NCBI GenBank assembly: GCA_024402535.1
Contig: JAKSTN010000008.1
Span: forward strand, 12,012 to 76,011
Direction: 5' to 3'
DNA: 64,000 bases
From: Treponema sp.
Lineage (GTDB): Bacteria > Spirochaetota > Spirochaetia > Treponematales > Treponemataceae
The notes under the pieces were generated by a model. That model made no database searches and was not told the DNA's origin. It saw nothing but the letters and a program-made list of their open reading frames with translations. Numbering within the stretch: position 1 is the stretch's first letter; every line of letters starts with the position of its first letter. The translations under genes and the position numbers were made by a program. Of the stretch, positions 38,699 through 48,294 are shown piece by piece.

Positions 38699-40585
38699 TT
38701 GTACAACATTTTAGGTGAATTCTGTGCGTTCATAACATCTCTTGTTTTTGTAGTTTATATACTCTCTGCATTTTACCTGAAGAATCTTCGCAACCTTCTT
38801 TTTTTCCTTTGTGCAGTTTCTGTAATGCTTTTATCAGGAACCGATATGCTTTCGGTTTTTTGTATTGAACGATACCCCCTAATATCAGCAAACACAGGAA
38901 TGATAGTATCTTTTATCTTTTTCCTTTTTCTTTCACTAACCCCTTTCATTTTCTGTTATTACTGTTATTTCACTATTTCTTCGACTCATAAATATTTTAA
39001 ACTTTATGTATCAACAACAATTCTTATATATTTAATATATTTTGGCCTTTTAATCGCCAATTTCTGGACAGGTTGGATTTTCAGTTTTACTGAAGAAAGT
39101 TATATTAGAGGTCCTTTAAAATCTGTCCCGTTTTTGATTACAACCCTAGTTATTTTCATTACGGAAATAGTGATTTTTAAGAATCATAAGACTATGTCAC
39201 GGCGTATGTTTGTTGTATTTATACTTTACCCTGCCATAACACTTATGCTTTCCCTTTTTCAGCTTATTCACCCCTCATACCTTATGTCGGGAACTTCAGG
39301 TTTAATTCCACTGATTTTAATTTATGTTGCAATTCAAACTGACAGAATTGAAATTGATTTCAAGACGGGATTAAAAACTGAACAGCATCTGATGAGAATG
39401 ATGAAGAAAAACCACAATCATTATCAGATGGTTTTTCTTCATCTTGATAATCTTGGAGTACTTCAAGAAAAAGTTGGCACAACAGAACTAGATATACAAC
39501 TTTTATATCTTGTGAGACTTTTCCGTCTTTATGTTTCAGGAGACATTTACAGAAGCGGATCTAAATTTATTTTTGTAACGAACAAATTCATTCCTGCGGA
39601 ATCCAGCCTTCAGCTTGTTTTCTTCAGGTTCAATACAACATACAAAGGTCTTGCTTCTCCTGTAGACTTTGAATATACAGCAACCGCCCTTTCAATTCCT
39701 GAGCACGCAAGCACTTATGATGAAGCATTAGAAATTTTCAGAATATTCACAAATCAGTTTGAAAAAACTTCCAAAATGTTTTTCCGGGAATGTGACTACA
39801 ATTTCATGGAAGGTTACAAAAGGTATAAAAAAATTGTTGAAATTCTTGAAAGCGAACTGACAATGGAATCTGAAAAATACCAGGTATATTTTCAGCCCAT
39901 TATGTCAATTTCCGAAAACAAATTTCTTTATGCAGAAGCACTTTCCCGTCTTAAAGATACTGAACTTGGAGACATAAGTCCTGCTGAATTTATTCCTGCC
40001 GCAGAACATTCCGGTCTTATAGAGAAACTTGGAAGACTGAATTTTGAACGTGTTTGTCAGTTTATAAGTCAGAACAAAGAAACTGTAAAAGCTGTTTCAG
40101 TAAACTTTTCTGTCGCACAGATGATGAATCCCAATATTTCCCAAAACATATTCAGGCTTATTGAAAAATATAATATTTCCCCAGACAGTATTATTATTGA
40201 ACTTACAGAAAGTATCATTATTGATGATTATGAAGTTGTCTGGAAAAGAATGAAAGAACTTACAGAATATGGAATTAAATTCTATCTTGATGACTTTGGA
40301 ACCGGTTACTCAAACTTTGCCAATGTTTTAAGACTTCCATTCAGCCTCATAAAATTCGACAGATCTTTTGTTTTGAGTATGGAAAAAGACAAGAAAATTG
40401 AAATACTTATGAAAAACCTGATTTCAACATTTAAAGATTCAGGGCTTCATATTCTTGTTGAAGGTGTAGAAACCGAAAAGCAGGATATGCTTGTAAAAGC
40501 TGCAGGTGTTGAATATATACAGGGATTCCTTTATTCAAAGCCAGTTCCAGAAAATGAATATCTAAAAATACTTCAGAATCAGTAA
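38699..40585 (+). CDS. Membrane-bound EAL c-di-GMP phosphodiesterase with degenerate GGDEF-like domain
   Basis: N-terminal TM bundle; YFQPI, AEALSRL, SVNFS, IELTES, LDDFGTGYS, EGVET and QGFLYSKP intact; no GGDEF motif. Confidence 0.9.
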   Translation: MYNILGEFCAFITSLVFVVYILSAFYLKNLRNLLFFLCAVSVMLLSGTDMLSVFCIERYPLISANTGMIVSFIFFLFLSLTPFIFCYYCYFTISSTHKYFKLYVSTTILIYLIYFGLLIANFWTGWIFSFTEESYIRGPLKSVPFLITTLVIFITEIVIFKNHKTMSRRMFVVFILYPAITLMLSLFQLIHPSYLMSGTSGLIPLILIYVAIQTDRIEIDFKTGLKTEQHLMRMMKKNHNHYQMVFLHLDNLGVLQEKVGTTELDIQLLYLVRLFRLYVSGDIYRSGSKFIFVTNKFIPAESSLQLVFFRFNTTYKGLASPVDFEYTATALSIPEHASTYDEALEIFRIFTNQFEKTSKMFFRECDYNFMEGYKRYKKIVEILESELTMESEKYQVYFQPIMSISENKFLYAEALSRLKDTELGDISPAEFIPAAEHSGLIEKLGRLNFERVCQFISQNKETVKAVSVNFSVAQMMNPNISQNIFRLIEKYNISPDSIIIELTESIIIDDYEVVWKRMKELTEYGIKFYLDDFGTGYSNFANVLRLPFSLIKFDRSFVLSMEKDKKIEILMKNLISTFKDSGLHILVEGVETEKQDMLVKAAGVEYIQGFLYSKPVPENEYLKILQNQ

Positions 40586-40594
40586 CCTCCCAAA

Positions 40595-40685
40595 AATGTT
40601 ACTATAAAAAGAAACATTTCTATTGACAGCATAAACGTTTCTGTTTATAGTAACATTATGATGTTTCTCTAAATAGAAACATCAT
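40595..40685 (+). promoter_or_regulatory. trp operon promoter inside inverted repeats
   Basis: TTGACA (40623-28)-17 nt-TATAGT (40646-51); 25-bp inverted repeat 40595-40619/40633-40657; 11-bp palindrome 40658-40685. Confidence 0.75.
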
Positions 40686-40701
40686 TTTTGTGGAGGACAA
40701 A

Positions 40702-42171
40702 ATGACAAAACGTACGGACTGTGTTTATATTTCACTTCCTAGTGACAGATACACACCTTTTTCTCTTGCAAAAAAAATCGGGGCAAAAGCAATCCTCGAA
40801 AGTGCAAGATTCAACCAGGGAAAAGATAGATATTCCATTCTTATGACAGAAGAAGCTTTTCATATTCTTCAGGATGATGAAGGCATTGCTTTTATGATTG
40901 ATGGACGCCGTGTTCCATTTACAGAAAAAACAGTTGCTTCTTCAGGCGGCCAGATTGAAATGATTGCACCAGGTTCTACTGTTCCACATACACCAGATAT
41001 TCTTGATGCCCTTCTTTACGTTGCAGAAGAAAACGAACTTCCTGTAAAAGATATTCCTCTTCCAGCTTCCGGCGTTGGATACCTTTCTTATGAATTCTGT
41101 GCAAGATGTGACACAATCAATCTTGCTCCACAGACAGACGAATTAAAGATTCCTGAAAGTGAATTTGTTGTTGGTCACCTTTATGTTGTTTTTGACCATT
41201 TCTCTGAAAAACTCCACATTTTCGGATTGAACTATACAGAACATCAGATTGATCTTGAAAAAGCTGTTGAAAACCTTAAGAAACGTCTTAACGATCTGGA
41301 CTTCAGTTACCTTTCTGAACCGGAAGAAAATATGCCTTATCGCATCATGACTGATCTTGAAGTTTCAGAAAAAGAATATAAAGACAAAGTTGTAGCATTG
41401 AAAAAAGAAATTGTTGCAGGAAATATTTTCCAGGCTGTTCCTAGCCGCAGACTTCAGATTGAATGTGAAAACTCAGCAATGGAAATTTACAGAAGACTCC
41501 GTTCAATCAACCCAAGTCCTTACCTTCTTTTCATTGATTTTGGTGACAGACAGCTGGTTGGTTCAAGTCCTGAAAGTCTTGTTCGCGTACGCGACGGCAT
41601 TGCATCAATTCGCCCTATTGCAGGAACAAGACGCCGTGGTAAGGATGCAGCAGAAGATGAAGCACTCAAACAGAATCTTCTGGGTGATCCAAAAGAAAAA
41701 TCAGAACATCTTATGCTTGTAGACCTGGCCCGTAATGACCTTGGACGTGTTTGTGAAGCTGGCACTGTTGAAGTTACTCGTTACATGGACTGTGAATACT
41801 TCAGCCATGTTATGCATCTTGTAAGTGACGTTCAGGGAAAAGTTCGTAAAGACTTCAAACAGATTCAGGTTCTCCGTTCAGCCTTCCCTGCAGGAACTGT
41901 TTCAGGTTCTCCAAAAATCAGTGCAATCGAAATTTTAAGTCGTCTTGAAAAAGTTCGCAGACGTTTCTATGCCGGTGCTGTGGGATACATTCAGACAAGC
42001 GGAGATCTGGACTTCTGTATTGGAATCCGCTGTGCATTGAAACAGGATGCTACATGGACACTTCAGGCCGGTGGCGGAATTGTTTACGACAGTAACCCTG
42101 ACCGTGAATGGGAAGAAACAAATGAAAAGCTCGGCGCACTTAAAGCCGTTGTTACTGGTGAAAAAAAATAA
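40702..42171 (+). CDS. trpE: Anthranilate synthase component I
   Basis: ILES, GNIFQAVPSRR, NPSPY, RPIAGTRRRG, EHLMLVDLARND and FPAGTVSGSPK; SD GGAGG. Confidence 0.96.
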   Translation: MTKRTDCVYISLPSDRYTPFSLAKKIGAKAILESARFNQGKDRYSILMTEEAFHILQDDEGIAFMIDGRRVPFTEKTVASSGGQIEMIAPGSTVPHTPDILDALLYVAEENELPVKDIPLPASGVGYLSYEFCARCDTINLAPQTDELKIPESEFVVGHLYVVFDHFSEKLHIFGLNYTEHQIDLEKAVENLKKRLNDLDFSYLSEPEENMPYRIMTDLEVSEKEYKDKVVALKKEIVAGNIFQAVPSRRLQIECENSAMEIYRRLRSINPSPYLLFIDFGDRQLVGSSPESLVRVRDGIASIRPIAGTRRRGKDAAEDEALKQNLLGDPKEKSEHLMLVDLARNDLGRVCEAGTVEVTRYMDCEYFSHVMHLVSDVQGKVRKDFKQIQVLRSAFPAGTVSGSPKISAIEILSRLEKVRRRFYAGAVGYIQTSGDLDFCIGIRCALKQDATWTLQAGGGIVYDSNPDREWEETNEKLGALKAVVTGEKK

Positions 42172-42184
42172 GGAGTGATTAAAA

Positions 42185-43783
42185 ATGATTTTAGTAATTG
42201 ATAACTACGATAGTTTTACATATAACGTTGTTCAGAGTCTTCAGCGCCTTGCTCAGGAAGAGGTAAAAGTAATCCGATCAAAAGAAATTACTGTAGAACA
42301 GATTGAAGAAATGAATCCTTCTCGCCTGGTAATCAGTCCGGGTCCTGGAACACCAAGTGAAGCCGGAGTTTCTATTGAAGCAATCAAATACTTTGCAGGA
42401 AAGATTCCTATTCTTGGCGTTTGTCTTGGACATCAGGCAATTGGTGAAGCCTTTGGTGCAAAAATTGTTCAGGCTAAAAGAATCTGCCACGGCGTGGTAG
42501 AAGAAATGGATACAGACGGACGCGGTGTATTCCGCATCATGGGTAAAAAAGGAAAATTTACTCGTTACCATTCACTGGCAATTGATGAATCAACACTTTC
42601 TCCGGACTTTGAAGTAACAGCCCGTTCACAAGACGGCGAAATTATGGGTGTACGCCACAAGACAATGATTATTGAAGGCGTTCAGTTCCACCCTGAATCA
42701 ATTGCATCTGAAAACGGCGACGATATTTTCAGAGCTTTCTTAAGCTACCGTCGTGAAAATCTGAACGTACCAGGCCTTTTGAACAAGCTTGTTGCAAAAG
42801 AAGACCTTACAGAAGAAGAAGCTTCCCTTTTCATGGAAAATCTTGCAGACGGAACTCTGGATGAAAAAGTTACATCTGCAGTTCTTATGGGACTTGCATG
42901 TAAAGGTGCCGCTGTTTCTGAAATCGTAGGATTTGCAAAAGCACTTAAAAAAGTTCAGAAACCACTTCCAGTTGATTTTACAAACCATGCTGAAATTGTT
43001 GGAACAGGTGGTGACGGAAAAGGTTCTTTCAACATCAGTTCCCTTTCATCTATTGTTGCAGCTAGCTGCGGACAGATGGTTACAAAACATGGAAACAGAG
43101 CTGTCAGTTCAAAATCCGGTGCTGCTGATTTCTTTGAAAACCTTGGGGTCAACATCATGGCTGATCCTGCAAAAACATGCCAGCTTGTTCAGGAAACTAA
43201 TTTCGGCTTCCTTATGGCAACTGTTTACCATGCAGCAATGCGCTTTGCAGCTCCTGTTCGAAAGGCAATGGGTATCAAAACAATCATGAACATTATGGGA
43301 CCTCTTCTGAACCCCGCTGGAGCTGAATACGAAGTTCTTGGTGTTTACTCTAAGGACCTGATGTCAACTTACGCTCACGCTGCAAAACAGCTTGGTGCAA
43401 AACGTGTAATGGTAATTACAAGTGACGACGGATATGATGAAATCAGTCCATGCGCAAAAACACATGTATTCCAGATTAACGGAGACGGAAAAGAATATCA
43501 GTATATAATTGATCCTAAAAACTTCGGTCTTGAAAACATGAACGAAGAAGAACTTATGGGTGGTGACGGAAAAACAAATGCCGAACTTGCTCTTGAAGTT
43601 CTGAACGGCAAAGGACGTCCGACAATCCGTGCGGCCGTTGGACTCAACGCCGGTGCTGTCCTTTACCTTTCTGGAAAAGCTAAAACAATGAAAGAAGGTT
43701 TTGATATGGCAGTTAATGCAATGGATTCAGGCATTACACTTAAAAAACTTGAACAGATTGTTGAAGTTTCAAAAAGCCTTTAA
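42185..43783 (+). CDS. trpGD: Fused TrpG glutamine amidotransferase / TrpD anthranilate phosphoribosyltransferase
   Basis: IDNYDSFT, GVCLGHQ and GVQFHPES, then GTGGDG, KHGNRAVSSKSGAAD and DGYDEIS. Confidence 0.95.
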   Translation: MILVIDNYDSFTYNVVQSLQRLAQEEVKVIRSKEITVEQIEEMNPSRLVISPGPGTPSEAGVSIEAIKYFAGKIPILGVCLGHQAIGEAFGAKIVQAKRICHGVVEEMDTDGRGVFRIMGKKGKFTRYHSLAIDESTLSPDFEVTARSQDGEIMGVRHKTMIIEGVQFHPESIASENGDDIFRAFLSYRRENLNVPGLLNKLVAKEDLTEEEASLFMENLADGTLDEKVTSAVLMGLACKGAAVSEIVGFAKALKKVQKPLPVDFTNHAEIVGTGGDGKGSFNISSLSSIVAASCGQMVTKHGNRAVSSKSGAADFFENLGVNIMADPAKTCQLVQETNFGFLMATVYHAAMRFAAPVRKAMGIKTIMNIMGPLLNPAGAEYEVLGVYSKDLMSTYAHAAKQLGAKRVMVITSDDGYDEISPCAKTHVFQINGDGKEYQYIIDPKNFGLENMNEEELMGGDGKTNAELALEVLNGKGRPTIRAAVGLNAGAVLYLSGKAKTMKEGFDMAVNAMDSGITLKKLEQIVEVSKSL

Positions 43784-43804
43784 TCAAAACTATTGGATTA
43801 CAAA

Positions 43805-45370
43805 ATGGCAAACATACTTAAAGAGATCTGTGACAGAAGGCTAAGCGATATAGCGAAGAAAGGATACTCCCTTGGGCATGAAATACCTGAAACAAGAAAC
43901 AGGCCCGTTGTTCCTTTTCTTCCGAATCCTGGAACAATTCTTGAAGTAAAACGGGCAAGTCCAAGTAAAGGCGATATTATGCCTGACCTGGACTCCGTTC
44001 AGACTGCAGGAAATTATGTAAATGCTGGAACCGCTGCCATCTCTGTTCTGACAGAAGAAAATTATTTCAAAGGAACACTGGAAGATCTTAAAGCTGTAGC
44101 TGAATACGTTAACTCAAACGGTAACAAGGCCGCAGTTTTAAGAAAGGACTTTCTTCTTGAACCTGAAGAAATTGAAATTGCATACCGCTGTGGAGCTGAT
44201 GCAGTTCTATTGATTGCTCGTATTCTTGAAACTGAAAAACTTTTAGAAATGACTTCAAAAGCATTCAGTCTTGGGCTTTCAATTCTCCTTGAACTCCGGG
44301 ACGAAGAAGCAGTTGAAAAGGCTTTCAAAGTTCTACGCTTAGCAAAAGAAATGAATGCTGAAGATAAAGTTGTTCTTGGAGTAAACTCCCGGGACCTTAA
44401 GACTTTCACAATCGATCTTCTCATTCCTTTGAAAATTAAATGTATGATCGAAAAGAGATTCGAAAGTCTTCCTGAAAATGAAAGACCTTCGAAAATCCGT
44501 GTCATTTCAGAAAGCGGAGTTCTTTCACCTGAGGCTGCTTATTTTACAGGAAGCCTTGGTTTTGACGGAATACTTATTGGCGAAGCCGTAGCAAAAGACA
44601 GTCTTGCAGCCTGTGAATATGTGAAAGGATTTCTGTCTGGTGCAGAAGCAGCTTCTGAAAACAAAGAAACATATTCAAAAGATTTCTGGAAAAAGATTGC
44701 AGGTAAAATCAATAAATATGAAAAAGATGGCAAAGGTCGTCCTCTTGTAAAAATCTGTGGAATCACAAATGAAGAAGATGCAGAAAAAGCCGCTTTAAGC
44801 GGAGCCGACTTGCTTGGTTTTATCTGTGAAGAAAAGTTCGGCCGCCATGCAGACCTTTCAAAAATCGAAAATATAAGGAAATGTACTGTAAATGCATGTA
44901 CAAAAGCCGGCATTGAAGCCCCATGCTTTATTGGTGTAATTACAATGCCTGAAAGTCCTGAAGCACAGAAAGTTTATGAACTTCTTTCAGAAGGAATTTT
45001 TGATGCAATTCAGTTCCATGGATGCGAAGGAAATCTTCAGAAAGGATACAAAGCATTCCGCTTTGGTTCAGAAGACCAGCTTTCAAAACTCAGCGAAAAC
45101 TACAATTCAGGTAATATGAGACTTCTTCTGGACGCTTATATTCCAGGCGTTGATGGCGGAACTGGTTCTCTTATTCCGGAAAGCCTTGTTCAGAAAGCTT
45201 CCGAAAAAGGAAAACTCTGGATGGCTGGTGGAATTAATCCTGAGAATGTATACAATATCATACACAAGTTCAATCCGGAAATGATTGATATTTCAAGCGG
45301 AGTTGAGAAAAGCATTGGAATAAAAGACCACGACCTTATAGACAAACTGTTTAAGGAGATAAACAAATGA
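43805..45370 (+). CDS. trpCF: Fused indole-3-glycerol-phosphate synthase / PRA isomerase
   Basis: EVKRASPSKG, SVLTEENYFKG, LRKDFLL, GVNSRDL and SESG, then VKICGIT, LDAY..GGTG and AGGINPEN..DISSGVE. The start may instead be TTG at 43793. Confidence 0.93.
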   Translation: MANILKEICDRRLSDIAKKGYSLGHEIPETRNRPVVPFLPNPGTILEVKRASPSKGDIMPDLDSVQTAGNYVNAGTAAISVLTEENYFKGTLEDLKAVAEYVNSNGNKAAVLRKDFLLEPEEIEIAYRCGADAVLLIARILETEKLLEMTSKAFSLGLSILLELRDEEAVEKAFKVLRLAKEMNAEDKVVLGVNSRDLKTFTIDLLIPLKIKCMIEKRFESLPENERPSKIRVISESGVLSPEAAYFTGSLGFDGILIGEAVAKDSLAACEYVKGFLSGAEAASENKETYSKDFWKKIAGKINKYEKDGKGRPLVKICGITNEEDAEKAALSGADLLGFICEEKFGRHADLSKIENIRKCTVNACTKAGIEAPCFIGVITMPESPEAQKVYELLSEGIFDAIQFHGCEGNLQKGYKAFRFGSEDQLSKLSENYNSGNMRLLLDAYIPGVDGGTGSLIPESLVQKASEKGKLWMAGGINPENVYNIIHKFNPEMIDISSGVEKSIGIKDHDLIDKLFKEINK

Positions 45371-46632
45371 CATATTCAACAGATGGATTTTTTGATAACT
45401 ACGGAGGCAAATACGTAGCAGAAGTTCTGCGTCGTCCGCTGGACGAACTTGAAGTTGCCTTCAAAAAATATATGGCAGATCCTGAATTCATTGAGGAACT
45501 GAACATTATTCGCCGCGACTACATTGGCCGCGAAACACCACTCTACTATGCACCTACAGCAACAAAGCTTCTTGGCGGTGCCCAGATTTACATCAAACTT
45601 GAAGGTCTTGCAAATACTGGGGCACACAAAATCAATAACGCCATCGGTCAGTGTCTTCTTGCAAAGCGCATGGGAAAACAGCGCATTATCGCAGAAACAG
45701 GTGCTGGTCAGCACGGTCTTGCTACAGCCGCAGCCTGCGCAAAACTCGGGCTTGACTGTACAATCTACATGGGCGAAATTGACGTAAAGCGCCAGCAGCC
45801 TAACGTTGCCACAATGGAAATGTACGGTGCAAAAGTTCACGCAGTAAAATCTGGAAGCCGTACACTGAAAGATGCAGTAAACGAGGCAATGCGCGACTGG
45901 GCAGCTCACCCTGATACAACACATTATGTTCTTGGTTCTGCTCTTGGCCCTGCTCCATTCCCTGATATCGTTCGCGAATTTCAGAGTGTTATCGGATACG
46001 AAGTTGAAAAACAGTGCAAAGAAAGAAACATTGATGTTGCTGCAATGGTTGCCTGTGTTGGCGGCGGTTCAAACTCAATCGGATTCTTTGCTCCGTTCAT
46101 CGACAAAAAAGAACCACGTCTTATCGGTGCAGAAGCCGGCGGCATTGGACCTGGAGTTGGTGAAAACGCCAGCCGCATGACAGGTAATGCAAGTCGTGAA
46201 GGTATTGTTCAGGGGTATAAAAGTCGCTTCCTTCTTGATGAAGACGGACAGGCTCTTCCTACCCGTTCTATTTCAGCCGGTCTTGACTACATGGGAATCG
46301 GGCCACAGCTTGCAGCTCTTGGTGCCTCAGGCCGCGTAGAATTCACTTCAATTCTTGATAAGGAAGCACTGGAAGCAATTCAGTTCTTTGCAAAGAATGA
46401 AGGTGTTCTTTTTGCCATGGAAAGTGCCCATGCAGGGGCCGCTGCAATGAAGATTGCAAAAGAACTTCCAAAAGACAAAGCGGTAATCATCAATATGTCA
46501 GGACGCGGAGACAAAGATCTCTTCATTACAAGTCCTGTATTCAGAAAGCAGGAATGGATTGACTTCCTTAAAGCCGAAGTTGAACGCCTTGAAAGCGATT
46601 CAGAAATCCACTCATCAAAGGTAATGAACTAA
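45367..46632 (+). CDS. trpB: Tryptophan synthase beta chain
   Basis: TGAHKINN (PLP lysine), ETGAGQHG, CVGGGSN and SISAGLDY. Confidence 0.98.
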   Translation: MTYSTDGFFDNYGGKYVAEVLRRPLDELEVAFKKYMADPEFIEELNIIRRDYIGRETPLYYAPTATKLLGGAQIYIKLEGLANTGAHKINNAIGQCLLAKRMGKQRIIAETGAGQHGLATAAACAKLGLDCTIYMGEIDVKRQQPNVATMEMYGAKVHAVKSGSRTLKDAVNEAMRDWAAHPDTTHYVLGSALGPAPFPDIVREFQSVIGYEVEKQCKERNIDVAAMVACVGGGSNSIGFFAPFIDKKEPRLIGAEAGGIGPGVGENASRMTGNASREGIVQGYKSRFLLDEDGQALPTRSISAGLDYMGIGPQLAALGASGRVEFTSILDKEALEAIQFFAKNEGVLFAMESAHAGAAAMKIAKELPKDKAVIINMSGRGDKDLFITSPVFRKQEWIDFLKAEVERLESDSEIHSSKVMN

Positions 46633-46649
46633 TACAGGGGAATAAAGCT

Positions 46650-47402
46650 ATGAACAAAATTAAATTAATGAGCCACCTGGTTGCAGGTTATCCTACAGAT
46701 GAACTTTCACTTACAGCAGCCCGCGCCCTTGTAAAAGGCGGAGCTGATATTCTTGAAATCCAGCTGCCATTTTCTGATCCAAGTGCTGATGGCCCTGCCA
46801 TCCAGGACGCCTGTACAAAAGTTCTTGAAAGAAAATACCGTACAGCTGACGGTCTTGCCTTTATTGAAAAACTCCACAAGGAGTTTCCAGACACTCCAAT
46901 TTACCTTATGAGCTACGGAAGCCTTATTTATACTCCTGGCGTTGAAGCTTTCTGTAAGAAAGCCGCAGAAGCCGGTGTAAAAGGTATGATTATTCCGGAC
47001 CTTCCATTTGACCACGACGAAGGCCTTACAGCTGCCTGTAAAGCAAACGGTATGGAAAACATTCCAGTAGCTGCTCCAAGTATGAGTGATGAACGCCTTG
47101 CAAAACTTGCAAATGCAGGTTTCAAGTACATTTACGCTGCCCTTAGAGCTGGAATTACAGGAACAAATACAACAATTGATGACGCAACACTGAAATTCCT
47201 TGAAAAAGTTGGAGTCGGCGGAAGCAAGATTTACGGCGGATTTGGTATTTCAAACGGCGAACAGTCTGCAGCCCTTGCATCCAGCGTTGAAGCTGTAGTT
47301 GCAGGTTCTGTTTTTGTCCGCATCATCAGTGAAAACCAGAATGACGCAAAAGCACTTTCTGAAAAAGTTGAAGCAAAAGCAAAAGAAATTACACATTCAT
47401 AA
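46650..47402 (+). CDS. trpA: Tryptophan synthase alpha chain
   Basis: LEIQLPFSDPSADGPAIQ, IIPDLP, GITG and GFGIS..VAGS. Confidence 0.96.
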   Translation: MNKIKLMSHLVAGYPTDELSLTAARALVKGGADILEIQLPFSDPSADGPAIQDACTKVLERKYRTADGLAFIEKLHKEFPDTPIYLMSYGSLIYTPGVEAFCKKAAEAGVKGMIIPDLPFDHDEGLTAACKANGMENIPVAAPSMSDERLAKLANAGFKYIYAALRAGITGTNTTIDDATLKFLEKVGVGGSKIYGGFGISNGEQSAALASSVEAVVAGSVFVRIISENQNDAKALSEKVEAKAKEITHS

Positions 47403-47406
47403 ATTT

Positions 47407-47433
47407 CGTCCTGTTCAGATTTAACTGGACAAC
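47407..47433 (+). terminator. Hairpin after trpA (terminator or degenerate CGTC-type REP)
   Basis: CGTC-C-TGTTCAG-ATTTAA-CTGGACA: 7-bp stem including one G-U pair; weak U tract. Confidence 0.4.
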
Positions 47434-47487
47434 TGGAGTTTGAATTTGTTATCTTAAAATATAACAACTTTTTACAAGGATTATATT

Positions 47488-48138
47488 TTGCAAAGCAAAT
47501 TCAAACTTCAGAAACGGGATGTACTTTTTACTGCAATCTGTTTCGGCTATAACTGTCTTGCCTATTATTTCGGTCGTCTATTAAGTTACTGGCGTCCTCA
47601 TCACAATTTTTCAACCTTCCTTGATAATTCCATTCTTTTTCTACCTGGTTTTATTATTATTTACCTTGGCTGTTATGTTTTCTGGGTGTCAAACATGTAC
47701 TTGGCTTCAAAACAGGAACCGTTAAAACGGAAACAGTTTCTTATTGCTCATATTGCCGCTGAAAACATTGCTTTTCTCTTTTTTGTTTTCCTCCCAACTA
47801 CAATTATCCGCCCTGAAGTAAGAGACAGTTTTGTACCATTTATAGATTTCCTTGTAAAGCTTACTTACGCAGCCGACAGCCCGGACAATCTTTTTCCATC
47901 TCTTCACTGCTATATGAGCTGGATGTGCTGGATTGCTGTCCGTTCAAACCCTGAAATTTCAAAAAAATACAAATGGGCTTCTTTCATTATGGCCGTCCTG
48001 GTCTGCATGTCTACTGTTCATGTAAAACAACATGTCTTTGTTGACGTTCCTGCCGGCATTATTCTTGCTGAAATATGCAACTTTATTTCAGGAATCTTCG
48101 TCAAAAAGAGAGCCTCTCTCACCGGCAAGAACTCGTGA
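47488..48138 (+). CDS. PAP2-superfamily membrane protein
   Basis: FFVFLPTTIIRP, NLFPSLHC and STVHVKQHVFVDVPAG match the PAP2/AUR1-like C2 and C3 motifs. Confidence 0.82.
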   Translation: MQSKFKLQKRDVLFTAICFGYNCLAYYFGRLLSYWRPHHNFSTFLDNSILFLPGFIIIYLGCYVFWVSNMYLASKQEPLKRKQFLIAHIAAENIAFLFFVFLPTTIIRPEVRDSFVPFIDFLVKLTYAADSPDNLFPSLHCYMSWMCWIAVRSNPEISKKYKWASFIMAVLVCMSTVHVKQHVFVDVPAGIILAEICNFISGIFVKKRASLTGKNS

Positions 48139-48294
48139 AACAGTTTCTTCTGATGTCTCTTCAATTTTTTCCTCAAACCCTGTAAGGGCTGCAAAAGGCA
48201 TAAACTGGGCAGCCCTCTGCTCCATACTAAGGCGTGGATGACTGTCTGATACATGATGTGGCATATCAATAAGATCTGCATAATCATTACGCAC
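48088..48294 (-). CDS. Small YolD-like partner of the Y-family polymerase
   Basis: YADLIDMPHHVS..HPRLSMEQRAAQFMPFAALTGF is the N-terminal motif recalled for YolD-like proteins; its GTG start overlaps the polymerase stop. Confidence 0.78.
   Translation of the reverse strand: MRNDYADLIDMPHHVSDSHPRLSMEQRAAQFMPFAALTGFEEKIEETSEETVSRVLAGERGSLFDEDS

Noticed and set aside
40586-40701. trp leader peptide or T-box attenuator
   Set aside because: No short ORF with Trp codons and no T-box sequence; the leader after the promoter is only about 45 nt.
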